From NCBI GenBank assembly GCA_024346625.1, contig AP024667.1, forward strand, positions 1,116,001 to 1,180,000: a DNA stretch of 64,000 nt, in the 5' to 3' direction. The stretch is from Williopsis jadinii. Lineage: Eukaryota. The translations under genes and the position numbers were made by a program. The notes beneath the pieces are model-generated. The model saw only the letters and a program-made list of their open reading frames with translations. It had not been told where the DNA came from and did not search any database. Positions 11,871 through 20,514 of the stretch are shown in pieces (positions within the stretch are counted from its first letter, which is position 1; each line of letters starts with the position of its first letter).

Positions 11871-11901
11871 CAACCGGGACAAACCAACCGGGACAAACCA
11901 A
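11871..11901. repeat. 14-bp tandem duplication
   Basis: CAACCGGGACAAAC twice, then CAA. Confidence 0.8.
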
Positions 11902-11981
11902 TCAAGACAAGGACATGAAACGTTTTTCCTCTTGTCCAATCCCACAAACCTTTGACCCATCCCCTGTATCCTTGGCTTAGC

Positions 11982-12016
11982 GCTTCCATCTCGAGGGGGC
12001 TTCCATCTCGAGGGGA
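11982..12016. repeat. 18-bp tandem duplication containing AGGGG (STRE-like) elements
   Basis: GCTTCCATCTCGAGGGG twice, in the divergent region between the Pmp3-like gene and NUC1. Confidence 0.75.
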
Positions 12017-12291
12017 CGGCCATCCATGGTAAGCACACTACGTGTTGCCACTGCGGGCGGTGGTGAATGGTGGCCATTTTCCCACTCATCACAGTATACG
12101 TGGTGTTTTTGTGTCAAAAAGGTTGTCCCGCCTTTGGAGATGAAACTGCCCGTTTCCAGGGCAACGGGGACAAATCAACTGGGGGGGGGGGAGGAAAAGT
12201 TTTTTTTCCTTCCTTCGCTTCCCGGGTTTACCAACACGGAGGTACCTTCTGGCGATGAGGTGTTGACAGCGTCGAAGGCATAGTTGAAGAT

Positions 12292-13284
12292 ATGTCCAAG
12301 TACTTGGCCACGGGTATTGCGAGCGCAGGTGTCTCTGCCGCTGTTGCGAACTTCTTCTGGGGCAAATCATCCACGGAGACGAATGCTCAACAGGCCAATG
12401 GCGCAAACACAGCGTCTAAGAACCTGCCAACGACGGTTACCGGCGGTGGCACGCTTGTGTCTCCGGGAGGTGTTAACCCATCAGAGTTCTTCAAGTATGG
12501 GTTCCCAGGCCCTGTCCATGACTTGAAGACCCACCAGGAGTACATCTCGTGCTATGACAGACAGAAGAGAAACCCGTATTACGTTGTGGAGCACATCACG
12601 CCTGAGTCGCTCAAGAACTCTGGAAACGTTGATAGAAAGAAGTCCGTATTCAAGGAAGACGAGCAGATCCCTCTGGCATTCAGGGCACAGTTGAGGGACT
12701 ACTTCAGATCCGGGTATGACAGAGGTCACCAGGCACCAGCAGCCAATGCCAAATTCTCGCAAGAGGCGATGAACGAGACATTCTTGTTGACAAACATATC
12801 GCCGCAAGTTGGCGATGGCTTCAACAGAGACTACTGGGCTCACCTGGAGTACTTCTGTCGTCAACAGGTGGCGAACTTCCCAAGCGTGCGCCTGGTGACA
12901 GGCCCGTTGTACCTTCCAAAGAAGTGTGCCGATGGTAAGTGGAGGGTTGAGTACGAAATGATCGGCAACCCTCCAAACATTGCAGTGCCAACGCATTTCT
13001 TCAAGCTCGTTGTTGGTGAAAAGCCCAACGGTGACTTGAGCGTGGCTGCTTTCGTGCTTCCAAACGGTGTCATTGACAACAAGACCTCGCTGACGGAGTT
13101 CGAGGTCCCTGTGGAGGCCCTTGAAAGATCCTCTGGCTTGACCTTTCTGCAGAACGTCCCACAGGGCAAGAAGAAGCAGCTGTGCAAGGAGGTCAAGTGC
13201 GAGATAACCGTGAGGGAGTTCGATAACGCTACAAAGACCTTACCACCAAAGAAAGACGTGCTCTTACTCCCCCCACCTAAGTGA
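12292..13284 (+). CDS. NUC1: Mitochondrial DNA/RNA non-specific endonuclease (EndoG family)
   Basis: 330 aa with the catalytic motif DRGHQAPAA, plus FFKYGFPGP and GFNRDYWAHLE. Confidence 0.96.
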   Translation: MSKYLATGIASAGVSAAVANFFWGKSSTETNAQQANGANTASKNLPTTVTGGGTLVSPGGVNPSEFFKYGFPGPVHDLKTHQEYISCYDRQKRNPYYVVEHITPESLKNSGNVDRKKSVFKEDEQIPLAFRAQLRDYFRSGYDRGHQAPAANAKFSQEAMNETFLLTNISPQVGDGFNRDYWAHLEYFCRQQVANFPSVRLVTGPLYLPKKCADGKWRVEYEMIGNPPNIAVPTHFFKLVVGEKPNGDLSVAAFVLPNGVIDNKTSLTEFEVPVEALERSSGLTFLQNVPQGKKKQLCKEVKCEITVREFDNATKTLPPKKDVLLLPPPK

Positions 13285-13310
13285 AACCTGTATATAGAAT
13301 CCCAGTACAT

Positions 13311-14276
13311 TTAGACAATTCTCTTTGACACGTCGACAAACGAGGAGTAGAAGATCTTGACGTTGTTCACGTTCAGCACGTACCGTACCTTGTTCTCCAA
13401 GTCGTGCACAGTGAAGTTGTCTATAGTCTCATTCGTTATCTTTCCCAGGAGGTACAGCCTTTGTAAATTTGGTATGTTCTTCAAAAACTTCATGATCCTG
13501 TACGTTATGTGTAATGTCAGGACATTCTGATTCGAAATGGTCAGGTATTGCAAGTTTGGTAAGCTTGGGTTGTGTAGAAACTCTCTGAACCTTTCGCTCA
13601 GTATGAACTGATGGTTGATATAGGTCAGCTGTAGTGTTGTGATGGCATGTCCAAAATGGCTGAGCTGAAAGGGATAGCTCCATGAGCAGTTGATCAGCTC
13701 CAGATCCTTGATAACAAATGGCAAGTCTCTGGTGTCCTCGGGATCAAAGTCCACACAGAAGCCATTGATCTTCAAGGTTGTCAGCTTCGTGAAGTGCTGA
13801 CAATGGTTCAGGTTGAAGATAGACCCTTCCGCAATCGTCGAGAGCTCCAGCTTCTTTATCGACTGTAGAGAGTCGTTGTACTTGAGGAAGTTCGACGAGC
13901 TCTCGATGGTCAACCTCAACTCAGTCAGATTGGCAAATTGGCTCACCATCGCACCAAAGTTGAAGTTCCATTCATTTTGAAGATTACCCTGTGTGACGAA
14001 GATCTTTTCAACAAACTGGCGCAGCGATAAGGCCTCACAGTCCTTAGAGAGTTGCACCAGTTCACCGTCGCAGTCTCTCTTATGACCTCTTTTTATCAAC
14101 AGATGGTTGAACTCTCTAAGGATGAACCCCCAGTCCAACTTGACCTCCCGAAGAATGTACGGTTTAAGGGTATACCGTAGCTCTGAACTGCACACGCTGA
14201 GGTTCAGAAGATCTCTCTTTGTCAGGTGCTGGAAGACCAGCAGAAGAATCTCATGAGGGAATGGAAGCGTTTGCAT
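13311..14276 (-). CDS. F-box protein with leucine-rich repeats
   Basis: N-terminal F-box LPFPHEILLLVFQHLTKRDLLNLSVCSSELR followed by repeated LxxLxL units. ATG at 14276. Confidence 0.8.
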   Translation of the reverse strand: MQTLPFPHEILLLVFQHLTKRDLLNLSVCSSELRYTLKPYILREVKLDWGFILREFNHLLIKRGHKRDCDGELVQLSKDCEALSLRQFVEKIFVTQGNLQNEWNFNFGAMVSQFANLTELRLTIESSSNFLKYNDSLQSIKKLELSTIAEGSIFNLNHCQHFTKLTTLKINGFCVDFDPEDTRDLPFVIKDLELINCSWSYPFQLSHFGHAITTLQLTYINHQFILSERFREFLHNPSLPNLQYLTISNQNVLTLHITYRIMKFLKNIPNLQRLYLLGKITNETIDNFTVHDLENKVRYVLNVNNVKIFYSSFVDVSKRIV

Positions 14277-14486
14277 TATCACGTAATCTGCGTGAAGATT
14301 CTCTACTCCGTGTTGTATTCCTTGGGAGGAAGGCGTTGTTGTTGTTGTTTACTTGTTTTGTTATCTCGGCTGGGCTCGCACCTAAAAGCCGGGGTGTTTT
14401 TGCCTGGTCCTCGAGGTTGTGTTCGTGTGTGGCTTTCTCGCAGCTAATTAGCAAACTACAAGCAGATTTTCGGAACATAGACACCA

Positions 14487-14819
14487 TTAACCGTGGATGC
14501 TTTCAGCTACCTCAACCATCTCTTTTAATTTATCAGTCTTGTTATTTTCAACGCCTTCTCTTTCAAACCATATGCCCTTTTCGCAAACACCCAAGGATTG
14601 CAACGTGTCGAACTGCTTTGTCAAAATATGCGCTTGATACTCTAAGGGCATCTCTTTACCAATAAGTCTCCGTCCACGGATGTGTGTGCTGTAGACCTTC
14701 TCCCCATTTTTCAACTCCTCTTCGACCTTGAAATGCTTCAGAGCATGCGTGCCTGTGTATCTGATTCTCACTGGTAATGAGTTTAGCGTGTACACGTTTG
14801 CTGATTGAGGTACTTCCAT
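14487..14819 (-). CDS. RNH203: Ribonuclease H2 subunit C
   Basis: 110 aa with LPVRIRYTG and HIRGRRLIG motifs typical of RNase H2C. ATG at 14819. Confidence 0.8.
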   Translation of the reverse strand: MEVPQSANVYTLNSLPVRIRYTGTHALKHFKVEEELKNGEKVYSTHIRGRRLIGKEMPLEYQAHILTKQFDTLQSLGVCEKGIWFEREGVENNKTDKLKEMVEVAESIHG

Positions 14820-15479
14820 TATGGCGCTCTGTGAAAATGCGAAAGGCAAATGTATACGTTTTGGCGTATTTGAGTGTTGAAGTTAGCGCGTGTCTTGTCC
14901 CTTGTCTTGACTTGACTTGTCCCGTCCTGTCTTGCCTTGTTTATAAGGTCACCAAACTCTAACTTATGTTGTCTGTGTGTCCTGGGCTCCCGATGAACGG
15001 TGACGCGTCACAGAGAGTTTCTGTTTTTGTGCTATTTTTCTCTGCACTTTGTCTTGCCGCGTGCTTTGGGAAAGATCAACATTCAAAAAAAAGTTGGACA
15101 TTAAAACAAAAGGGGACAAATAGGCGACACAAAAAGGACAAATTAGAGTGTGTTCTTGGATAAGCGATACGCCAGAATCGGACAAGCGATGAACAGATAC
15201 CTGATATCCAAGTGAGTAATAACCATATCATAACTATCAAGACATTCATCACTAACAGCTGCAAAGATATCTAGACCCACTCTTTGGAGTTTTCGTGGGA
15301 ACTACAGCTTACTATTCCTACGAACAGAGAATCAAAAGACCTGAAGGCCATTCGCTTTTGGAACTATTGAAGAAGAAGTTCAACCAGTGAACTACCCCCA
15401 ATATATGATTTTATGAACACTACAACACAATATCCTGTTTGTCCTTATAAGACAATCTCTCTCTTTTCCACATTAAAAT

Positions 15480-17714
15480 TCAGACGTCGAGAGCGAATAC
15501 GTCATCTTTGTCTATAAACCTCTCCCAATCAAACTCACGTTCGTCATTCTTAGATGCTGTACTCACGGTCCCCAATGGACTGTTCTCATAATTGCCCGAG
15601 TGTGCCATCATTTCCAAATTATCCAATTTACCAGGTGTTTCCAATAGATAACCTGGAAGGAATTTGCTAAAGATATCAATGTTGAAATCGCCGTCAAGTT
15701 CAAAGAACGGTTCCTCTCTATTGGTATTGTCAGCCTTTGCGGTGGTTGCATTTGCATTAGCATTTGGTGACACAACCCTGTTGAGTAGAGTACCACTAGA
15801 AGTCTTTCTCAAACCTTTTGATGGTCTAGGTGTTGTGGCCTCGCGATTATGCTGTTGTAGCTCCTGGAATTTGATGTTGTGTCTCTCATAGTTTTCAAAC
15901 ATGTGGTTTAAAAGGTTGAAGATACGCTCAGCACTCATAGATCTTTCTTTTAAGACACTTAACATCTCCTTACCAATCTCAATTGCCACTTTGATCTCTT
16001 CGTCGTGGTTATCAATCTCCAAGAAGTAATAAACCAAGCACGCCACACAAAAAAAGATTGTGTAGATCGAAAACCAATAACTCCCATTGAGCATCTTATT
16101 ACGAATCATCGTTTGTGCTAGCATGATAATCTTCTTTGCAATACCAACACAGTGCATACCGTTATCGTACTCAAAGCTCTTGAATGAACCTCTCGTTGCG
16201 CCATTTTGTTTTGCAAGTTTCACATAGTGAATATAAGGCCTATAGAGCATAAGTTGAACATGCAAGTAATCCAAGTAGAGCAATCTGTTAGCAAGCATGT
16301 ACACAGGTGGTATATTCTGTAAAGAGTCTGGTTGTAATTGATAGGGCAATTCGTACTTCCACAATCTCAATTCATTCTCCAAAGATTGAAATACTTCTTT
16401 TGGGATCATATATATCGGTTTGGAAGTCTTGTACAATTTTTTCACAATGTGATTCAAAATCAGTATAAGTTTGGTATGGCAGTTGTTTATACCACATGAA
16501 CTCAACTTTCCCTCTGGTTGTGGTGCGATGTGATCCACTTCAATGTTGACATCATCAACATCGAGTGGGAACTCTACCGTGATGTCGTCCTCGTCAATGG
16601 AATGCGGCAATCCCAATACTGAATTGACGTAAATCTCCATTTTGTATATTGTCCAAAACAATCTTTTCCTGCACTCTTGTGTTATGTTATCCAGTTGTGA
16701 GGTAGATTCAACTTGTTTGTGCAAGCCTTGTCTCAGTGCAGAGCGAAGAGCAATGCCGATATACGAGTAGCAAGTTGTTAGACGTGCCGAACATTGTAGG
16801 AACAATGTCAGCATGAAGATGGTTTGAACGCTTTCGATGTCAGTAGTGTTTGTAATGTCAATGAGTTTCCTTGCGGCGATGAAGTACTTATAACCTTCAT
16901 CTTGCAAGTACTGGTTATCAATGGCATTGTCTCCCTTGGAGAAGAGCGCACCGACACTGATAACGGAATAAATCAAGGGTAACATTTTGTTCTGATGATG
17001 CGAGTACTCTGCTGGTGCTGTTTCGTATAACGAGTTGAAGTCGTTGATGAAAGAAGGTCTGTGATAAAACCTGAACAGCACACAGCTTTCACTCCATGTC
17101 TTGTATATCAATTTCAGTGCAATTTCCCGTGGAGGAAGTATTATCTTTATCTCAAGATGATCATTCCGGGGAGCTGAAGATTTGTGGGAATCTGCAGACT
17201 TGTCACCAGAACTTTCGCTCACACCGGCGCCCAGATTAGCAGCATCGGTAGCAGCATTGTTCACAGCGTTCAAGCTGTTCAGCGTCTCCTTGTGCATCTG
17301 ACCATTGTACTCATCAACAACAGCCTTCATATCCACTTGTCCAGCTGTCCTGTGCTTCGCAAATATCCTTGCAAACGCCTCACACTGGGACGAGTCCTCT
17401 ATACCAACTTCCGGGAACATCTCCCTCATTAGGCGGAGCTGGAGCCTCTTGTCCTCTTTCTTCTTGTCGTCTGTCTTGGGCTTCTTCTTCTGCGGCGGCA
17501 CCAATGGCTTCACCTGGTTGTACGTGCACTCGTACGAATACACCGTGCAGTGGATGCATGGGTGTTTGCCGTCACACTTCACCTTCCTTTTCCGACACGT
17601 GTCGCACGCCCTGGAGACCCGTATCCTCTTCGCTGGGTTGGCAGGAGGCTTCTGATGAATCTGCTCCAGTGGAGGAACATACGTATTGTCTTTCGACACG
17701 ATCTTTGGAGGCAT
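15480..17714 (-). CDS. ASG1: Zn(II)2Cys6 transcription factor, Asg1/YJL206C type
   Basis: RACDTCRKRKVKCDGKHPCIHCTVYSYECTY zinc cluster, and a fungal TF middle region (CVLFRFYHRPSF, DEGYKYFIAARKLIDIT). Confidence 0.9.
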   Translation of the reverse strand: MPPKIVSKDNTYVPPLEQIHQKPPANPAKRIRVSRACDTCRKRKVKCDGKHPCIHCTVYSYECTYNQVKPLVPPQKKKPKTDDKKKEDKRLQLRLMREMFPEVGIEDSSQCEAFARIFAKHRTAGQVDMKAVVDEYNGQMHKETLNSLNAVNNAATDAANLGAGVSESSGDKSADSHKSSAPRNDHLEIKIILPPREIALKLIYKTWSESCVLFRFYHRPSFINDFNSLYETAPAEYSHHQNKMLPLIYSVISVGALFSKGDNAIDNQYLQDEGYKYFIAARKLIDITNTTDIESVQTIFMLTLFLQCSARLTTCYSYIGIALRSALRQGLHKQVESTSQLDNITQECRKRLFWTIYKMEIYVNSVLGLPHSIDEDDITVEFPLDVDDVNIEVDHIAPQPEGKLSSCGINNCHTKLILILNHIVKKLYKTSKPIYMIPKEVFQSLENELRLWKYELPYQLQPDSLQNIPPVYMLANRLLYLDYLHVQLMLYRPYIHYVKLAKQNGATRGSFKSFEYDNGMHCVGIAKKIIMLAQTMIRNKMLNGSYWFSIYTIFFCVACLVYYFLEIDNHDEEIKVAIEIGKEMLSVLKERSMSAERIFNLLNHMFENYERHNIKFQELQQHNREATTPRPSKGLRKTSSGTLLNRVVSPNANANATTAKADNTNREEPFFELDGDFNIDIFSKFLPGYLLETPGKLDNLEMMAHSGNYENSPLGTVSTASKNDEREFDWERFIDKDDVFALDV

Positions 17715-18108
17715 GCTCTTCTACTTCTTCTTCCTCTTCTCCGTCTTTCCACGTCACGTCTTCCCTTTATAGAGATCTATGTCCAAAACGATACCCGCGC
17801 TTAGCTTAGAGAGGTATCAGCCGCCGTTGAACATCCAACTACAGCGCAATGTTGATGGAAAGTAGGAGAAAACCACAACAATGAGCGGGCCCGGGTTGTA
17901 AACAAAAGCGGCGATAGGGCTGGAGTGACGATATTACGTAAGCAGGGTGCGTGGCCGAAGCAGGATTCCAAATTGGTGTCCGGGTGGTCTGTATGCTGCG
18001 CGTACCAACACACACGTACAGCTTACTATCACTATGATACAAGGCTTGTATTCACCTACACAGCTCGTGTTAGCCTGATAGGAGGCCGTGTTGGTGTATA
18101 CGAACGGT

Positions 18109-19065
18109 ATGGAGCAGCTGCCATCGCTATCGCAGACGCTGCTGGTGAACGTGCTGAGCGATCTGCCCGAGGAGACGAAGGAGTTGCAACGCTCTCTGGT
18201 GGAATCGGCAACTAAGTACAGGACTGATTTGGATAAACAAGTACAGAGCACGCTGAGACTACAGCAGAACGTTGGACACTCTCATGAGCTCTTGCAGAAG
18301 AGGCTGAGGAGGTGTGTGAGGAGCATAGATGAGGCGAATCACCACCTCAAGGTTGGGCTGGCGGACGGCTCTCTGGCGAATGAGGTTTCGGAACTGAGTG
18401 AGCTGGTTATGGGGAAGCTCATGGGTATCGTGTCGCTGCTGGGCGCCAGGAACGTCGATGGCGATAGATGGCCACTGCTGAAGTCAGTGCTGGGACAAGA
18501 CGGGTTCAAGGTTATTGACGAGGAGCTTGGCGATATGAAACTGGGCAATGAGACGGAGTGTACTCGTGATGATGGTCACGACGATTCCAACGGTAGTAAT
18601 GGTAGTGATAGGGAGACTATCCAGCCTCTGTCCTCTAACACGCTGGATGAGAACTTGGAGGTTTCATCCACCGTGAGTGATGCAGTGGGTGTGGCGAATG
18701 TGATGAATGCTGCTGGGGGAAATGAGGATAATGGTTGTGAAGAAGGTGAAGGCGATGTCTGTGTTGACGACGATGGTGATGCCATTGACGATGACGATGC
18801 AGACGATGAGGCCGATGATGAGGCCGACGATGAGGCTAACGACCCAGACGACGAACATGAGGACCATGAGTCAATGCTACAATCGATCGAGGCTACTATA
18901 AACAAATATAAAACCAAAAAACTCACGCCAATAATACCACTGCCAAAGACTACAACCTCTAAAGGGAATGAACAGTTGACATATACAGTTTCACCTACAA
19001 GCGTACAAGGCTTGATAAACACAGAAAATGGCAAACTTGGAGACTCGTTAAGGAAATTCATATAA
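18109..19065 (+). CDS. Uncharacterised coiled-coil protein with an acidic tract; weak resemblance to BLOC-1 subunit Vab2
   Basis: 318-aa ORF from the ATG at 18109, helical N-half and D/E-rich tract at about 18740-18870. The Vab2 resemblance is from memory and weak. Confidence 0.6.
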   Translation: MEQLPSLSQTLLVNVLSDLPEETKELQRSLVESATKYRTDLDKQVQSTLRLQQNVGHSHELLQKRLRRCVRSIDEANHHLKVGLADGSLANEVSELSELVMGKLMGIVSLLGARNVDGDRWPLLKSVLGQDGFKVIDEELGDMKLGNETECTRDDGHDDSNGSNGSDRETIQPLSSNTLDENLEVSSTVSDAVGVANVMNAAGGNEDNGCEEGEGDVCVDDDGDAIDDDDADDEADDEADDEANDPDDEHEDHESMLQSIEATINKYKTKKLTPIIPLPKTTTSKGNEQLTYTVSPTSVQGLINTENGKLGDSLRKFI

Positions 19066-19120
19066 TAGCTAAAAGAAACCGTGGATAATGCAGATGAAAT
19101 TATGACTATAACAATGACGG

Positions 19121-20101
19121 TTAACGGTGATCCAAACCTAATAACCCGGTCTTGACACCGCAGGGGCTGTTATGGATGCTAAAGTTTTGTAGATTCCCAA
19201 TCTTTGTAGGTGCGATTTCGCCATGCTCGCTCTCTAACCAGCTCACCTCTTCTCTGAAGAGCTCCAAGACGTTGGACAACTTGCCCCGTGATAGTTCGTT
19301 ATGACGCTTCAAGGTGGCCTCCCAGTTGTTGTTAACAAGCATGAGCAATCCAGATTTCGAGTGCTGTATGAACTCCCGAAGACACATACACCACGTGTGT
19401 GAGAGTTGCTCATACGCGAGGTTCTTGAAGTAGTTATTCGACAGCTTTTCAAACTCTGGTAGCTTATGCAACAGTGAGGTGGCCTGGTGTAGAAACTCTA
19501 GTGAGACTGCGGGCTGCGATTCCACCGGGGGTAGAAACCCCAGCGTGTAGTCGCTCAAAGCACTCAGGAAGTCCTCGATCAGAGGCTTCACACGCAAGTA
19601 CGAATACTCACAGGACTGGTCGACTTTATAAGGCAACGCCTGTAGGATCGTGTCAATCTTGGACGAGAGGATCCGTATCGCACGCTCCACAGACGGCTTT
19701 GGCGCAGCAGTGTGGATGCTCGGCGTCAACTCAGGGTGCAGCTCAACCAAGCTCTCCAAAAGCGTCTGTAGCTGCTCCTTATCCATAACCTCCAACAACC
19801 TCGACGTCGGTAGTTGCTGTCCCATGATGCTCTGCACAGCAGACCTCGTCTTCTTGTTCGAAACATCTCGTTTCCCAATACGAAACTTGCTATCCTTCTT
19901 CACAGCACGTCTCATGACAGGCGAGCCACCACAACTAGTGCCACCATCCTCGTCCTGGAACCGTCTCTTCAACTTGTGCGTGGCCGTCGACGGCGATGGT
20001 GATATCGATGCTGCCGATGCCGTCGGAATCACGCTGCTCTCATCATCTCTCTTCTCTTCCTCAAACTTCGGTGTAAACCCCCACGAAAACGACAGACTCA
20101 T
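19121..20101 (-). CDS. STS1: Nuclear proteasome tethering factor (Cut8/Sts1)
   Basis: N-terminal FSWGF, basic NLS-like segments, GQQLPTSRLLEVMDKEQLQTLLESLVELHPEL and YSYLRVKP. Confidence 0.9.
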   Translation of the reverse strand: MSLSFSWGFTPKFEEEKRDDESSVIPTASAASISPSPSTATHKLKRRFQDEDGGTSCGGSPVMRRAVKKDSKFRIGKRDVSNKKTRSAVQSIMGQQLPTSRLLEVMDKEQLQTLLESLVELHPELTPSIHTAAPKPSVERAIRILSSKIDTILQALPYKVDQSCEYSYLRVKPLIEDFLSALSDYTLGFLPPVESQPAVSLEFLHQATSLLHKLPEFEKLSNNYFKNLAYEQLSHTWCMCLREFIQHSKSGLLMLVNNNWEATLKRHNELSRGKLSNVLELFREEVSWLESEHGEIAPTKIGNLQNFSIHNSPCGVKTGLLGLDHR

Positions 20102-20285
20102 CTCTATAACTCAACAGATCGAATGGAAGGGCAGCCAAAGCACACACTGTGATTGTTGTCGTGAGTGTGTTGGTGATTGGAGTGTTGAAGGCAGCGTTTG
20201 GACGAGGTTTTTGTGCGAGTTTTTCTATGGCTTTTTTGCTGTGGAAAGGGGGCGGCGAGGCGAAAAGGGCAAAAAGAAAATAGAG

Positions 20286-20370
20286 TCGGAATTGATCGGA
20301 ATGGATCGGAATATCAGGATCGGGATTATCTGTCGGAATAGCTCGGAACTGACATCGGAATATCTCGGAA
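20286..20370 (+). repeat. Array of TCGGAA hexamers in the STS1/RTT10 divergent promoter
   Basis: TCGGAA at 20286, 20296, 20306, 20333, 20343, 20355 and 20365; TCGGGA at 20320. Confidence 0.85.
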
Positions 20371-20403
20371 TTAACATAGCTGGTCCCTGGTACGCGCAGC
20401 ATG

Positions 20404-20425
20404 TGATGAGCTCGATAAATTTTTC
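20404..20425. promoter_or_regulatory. PAC-like (GATGAG) plus RRPE-like (AAATTTTTC) pair upstream of RTT10
   Basis: TGATGAGC at 20404 and AAATTTTTC at 20417, about 100 bp before the ATG of a tRNA-modification gene. Confidence 0.45.
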
Positions 20426-20514
20426 CCTCTCCAACTTCAACGCTGAACTTCTCCAGAACAGGCTCTCCTTCCACAGACCGCTGAGGCATTACAACTGTAC
20501 TGGAGACTCTTACC

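Noticed and set aside
15186..15345. Possible C/D snoRNA (CGATGA...CTGA on +, GTGATGA on -)
   Set aside because: Boxes are imperfect or unpaired, there is no terminal stem, and I recognise no rRNA-complementary guide.
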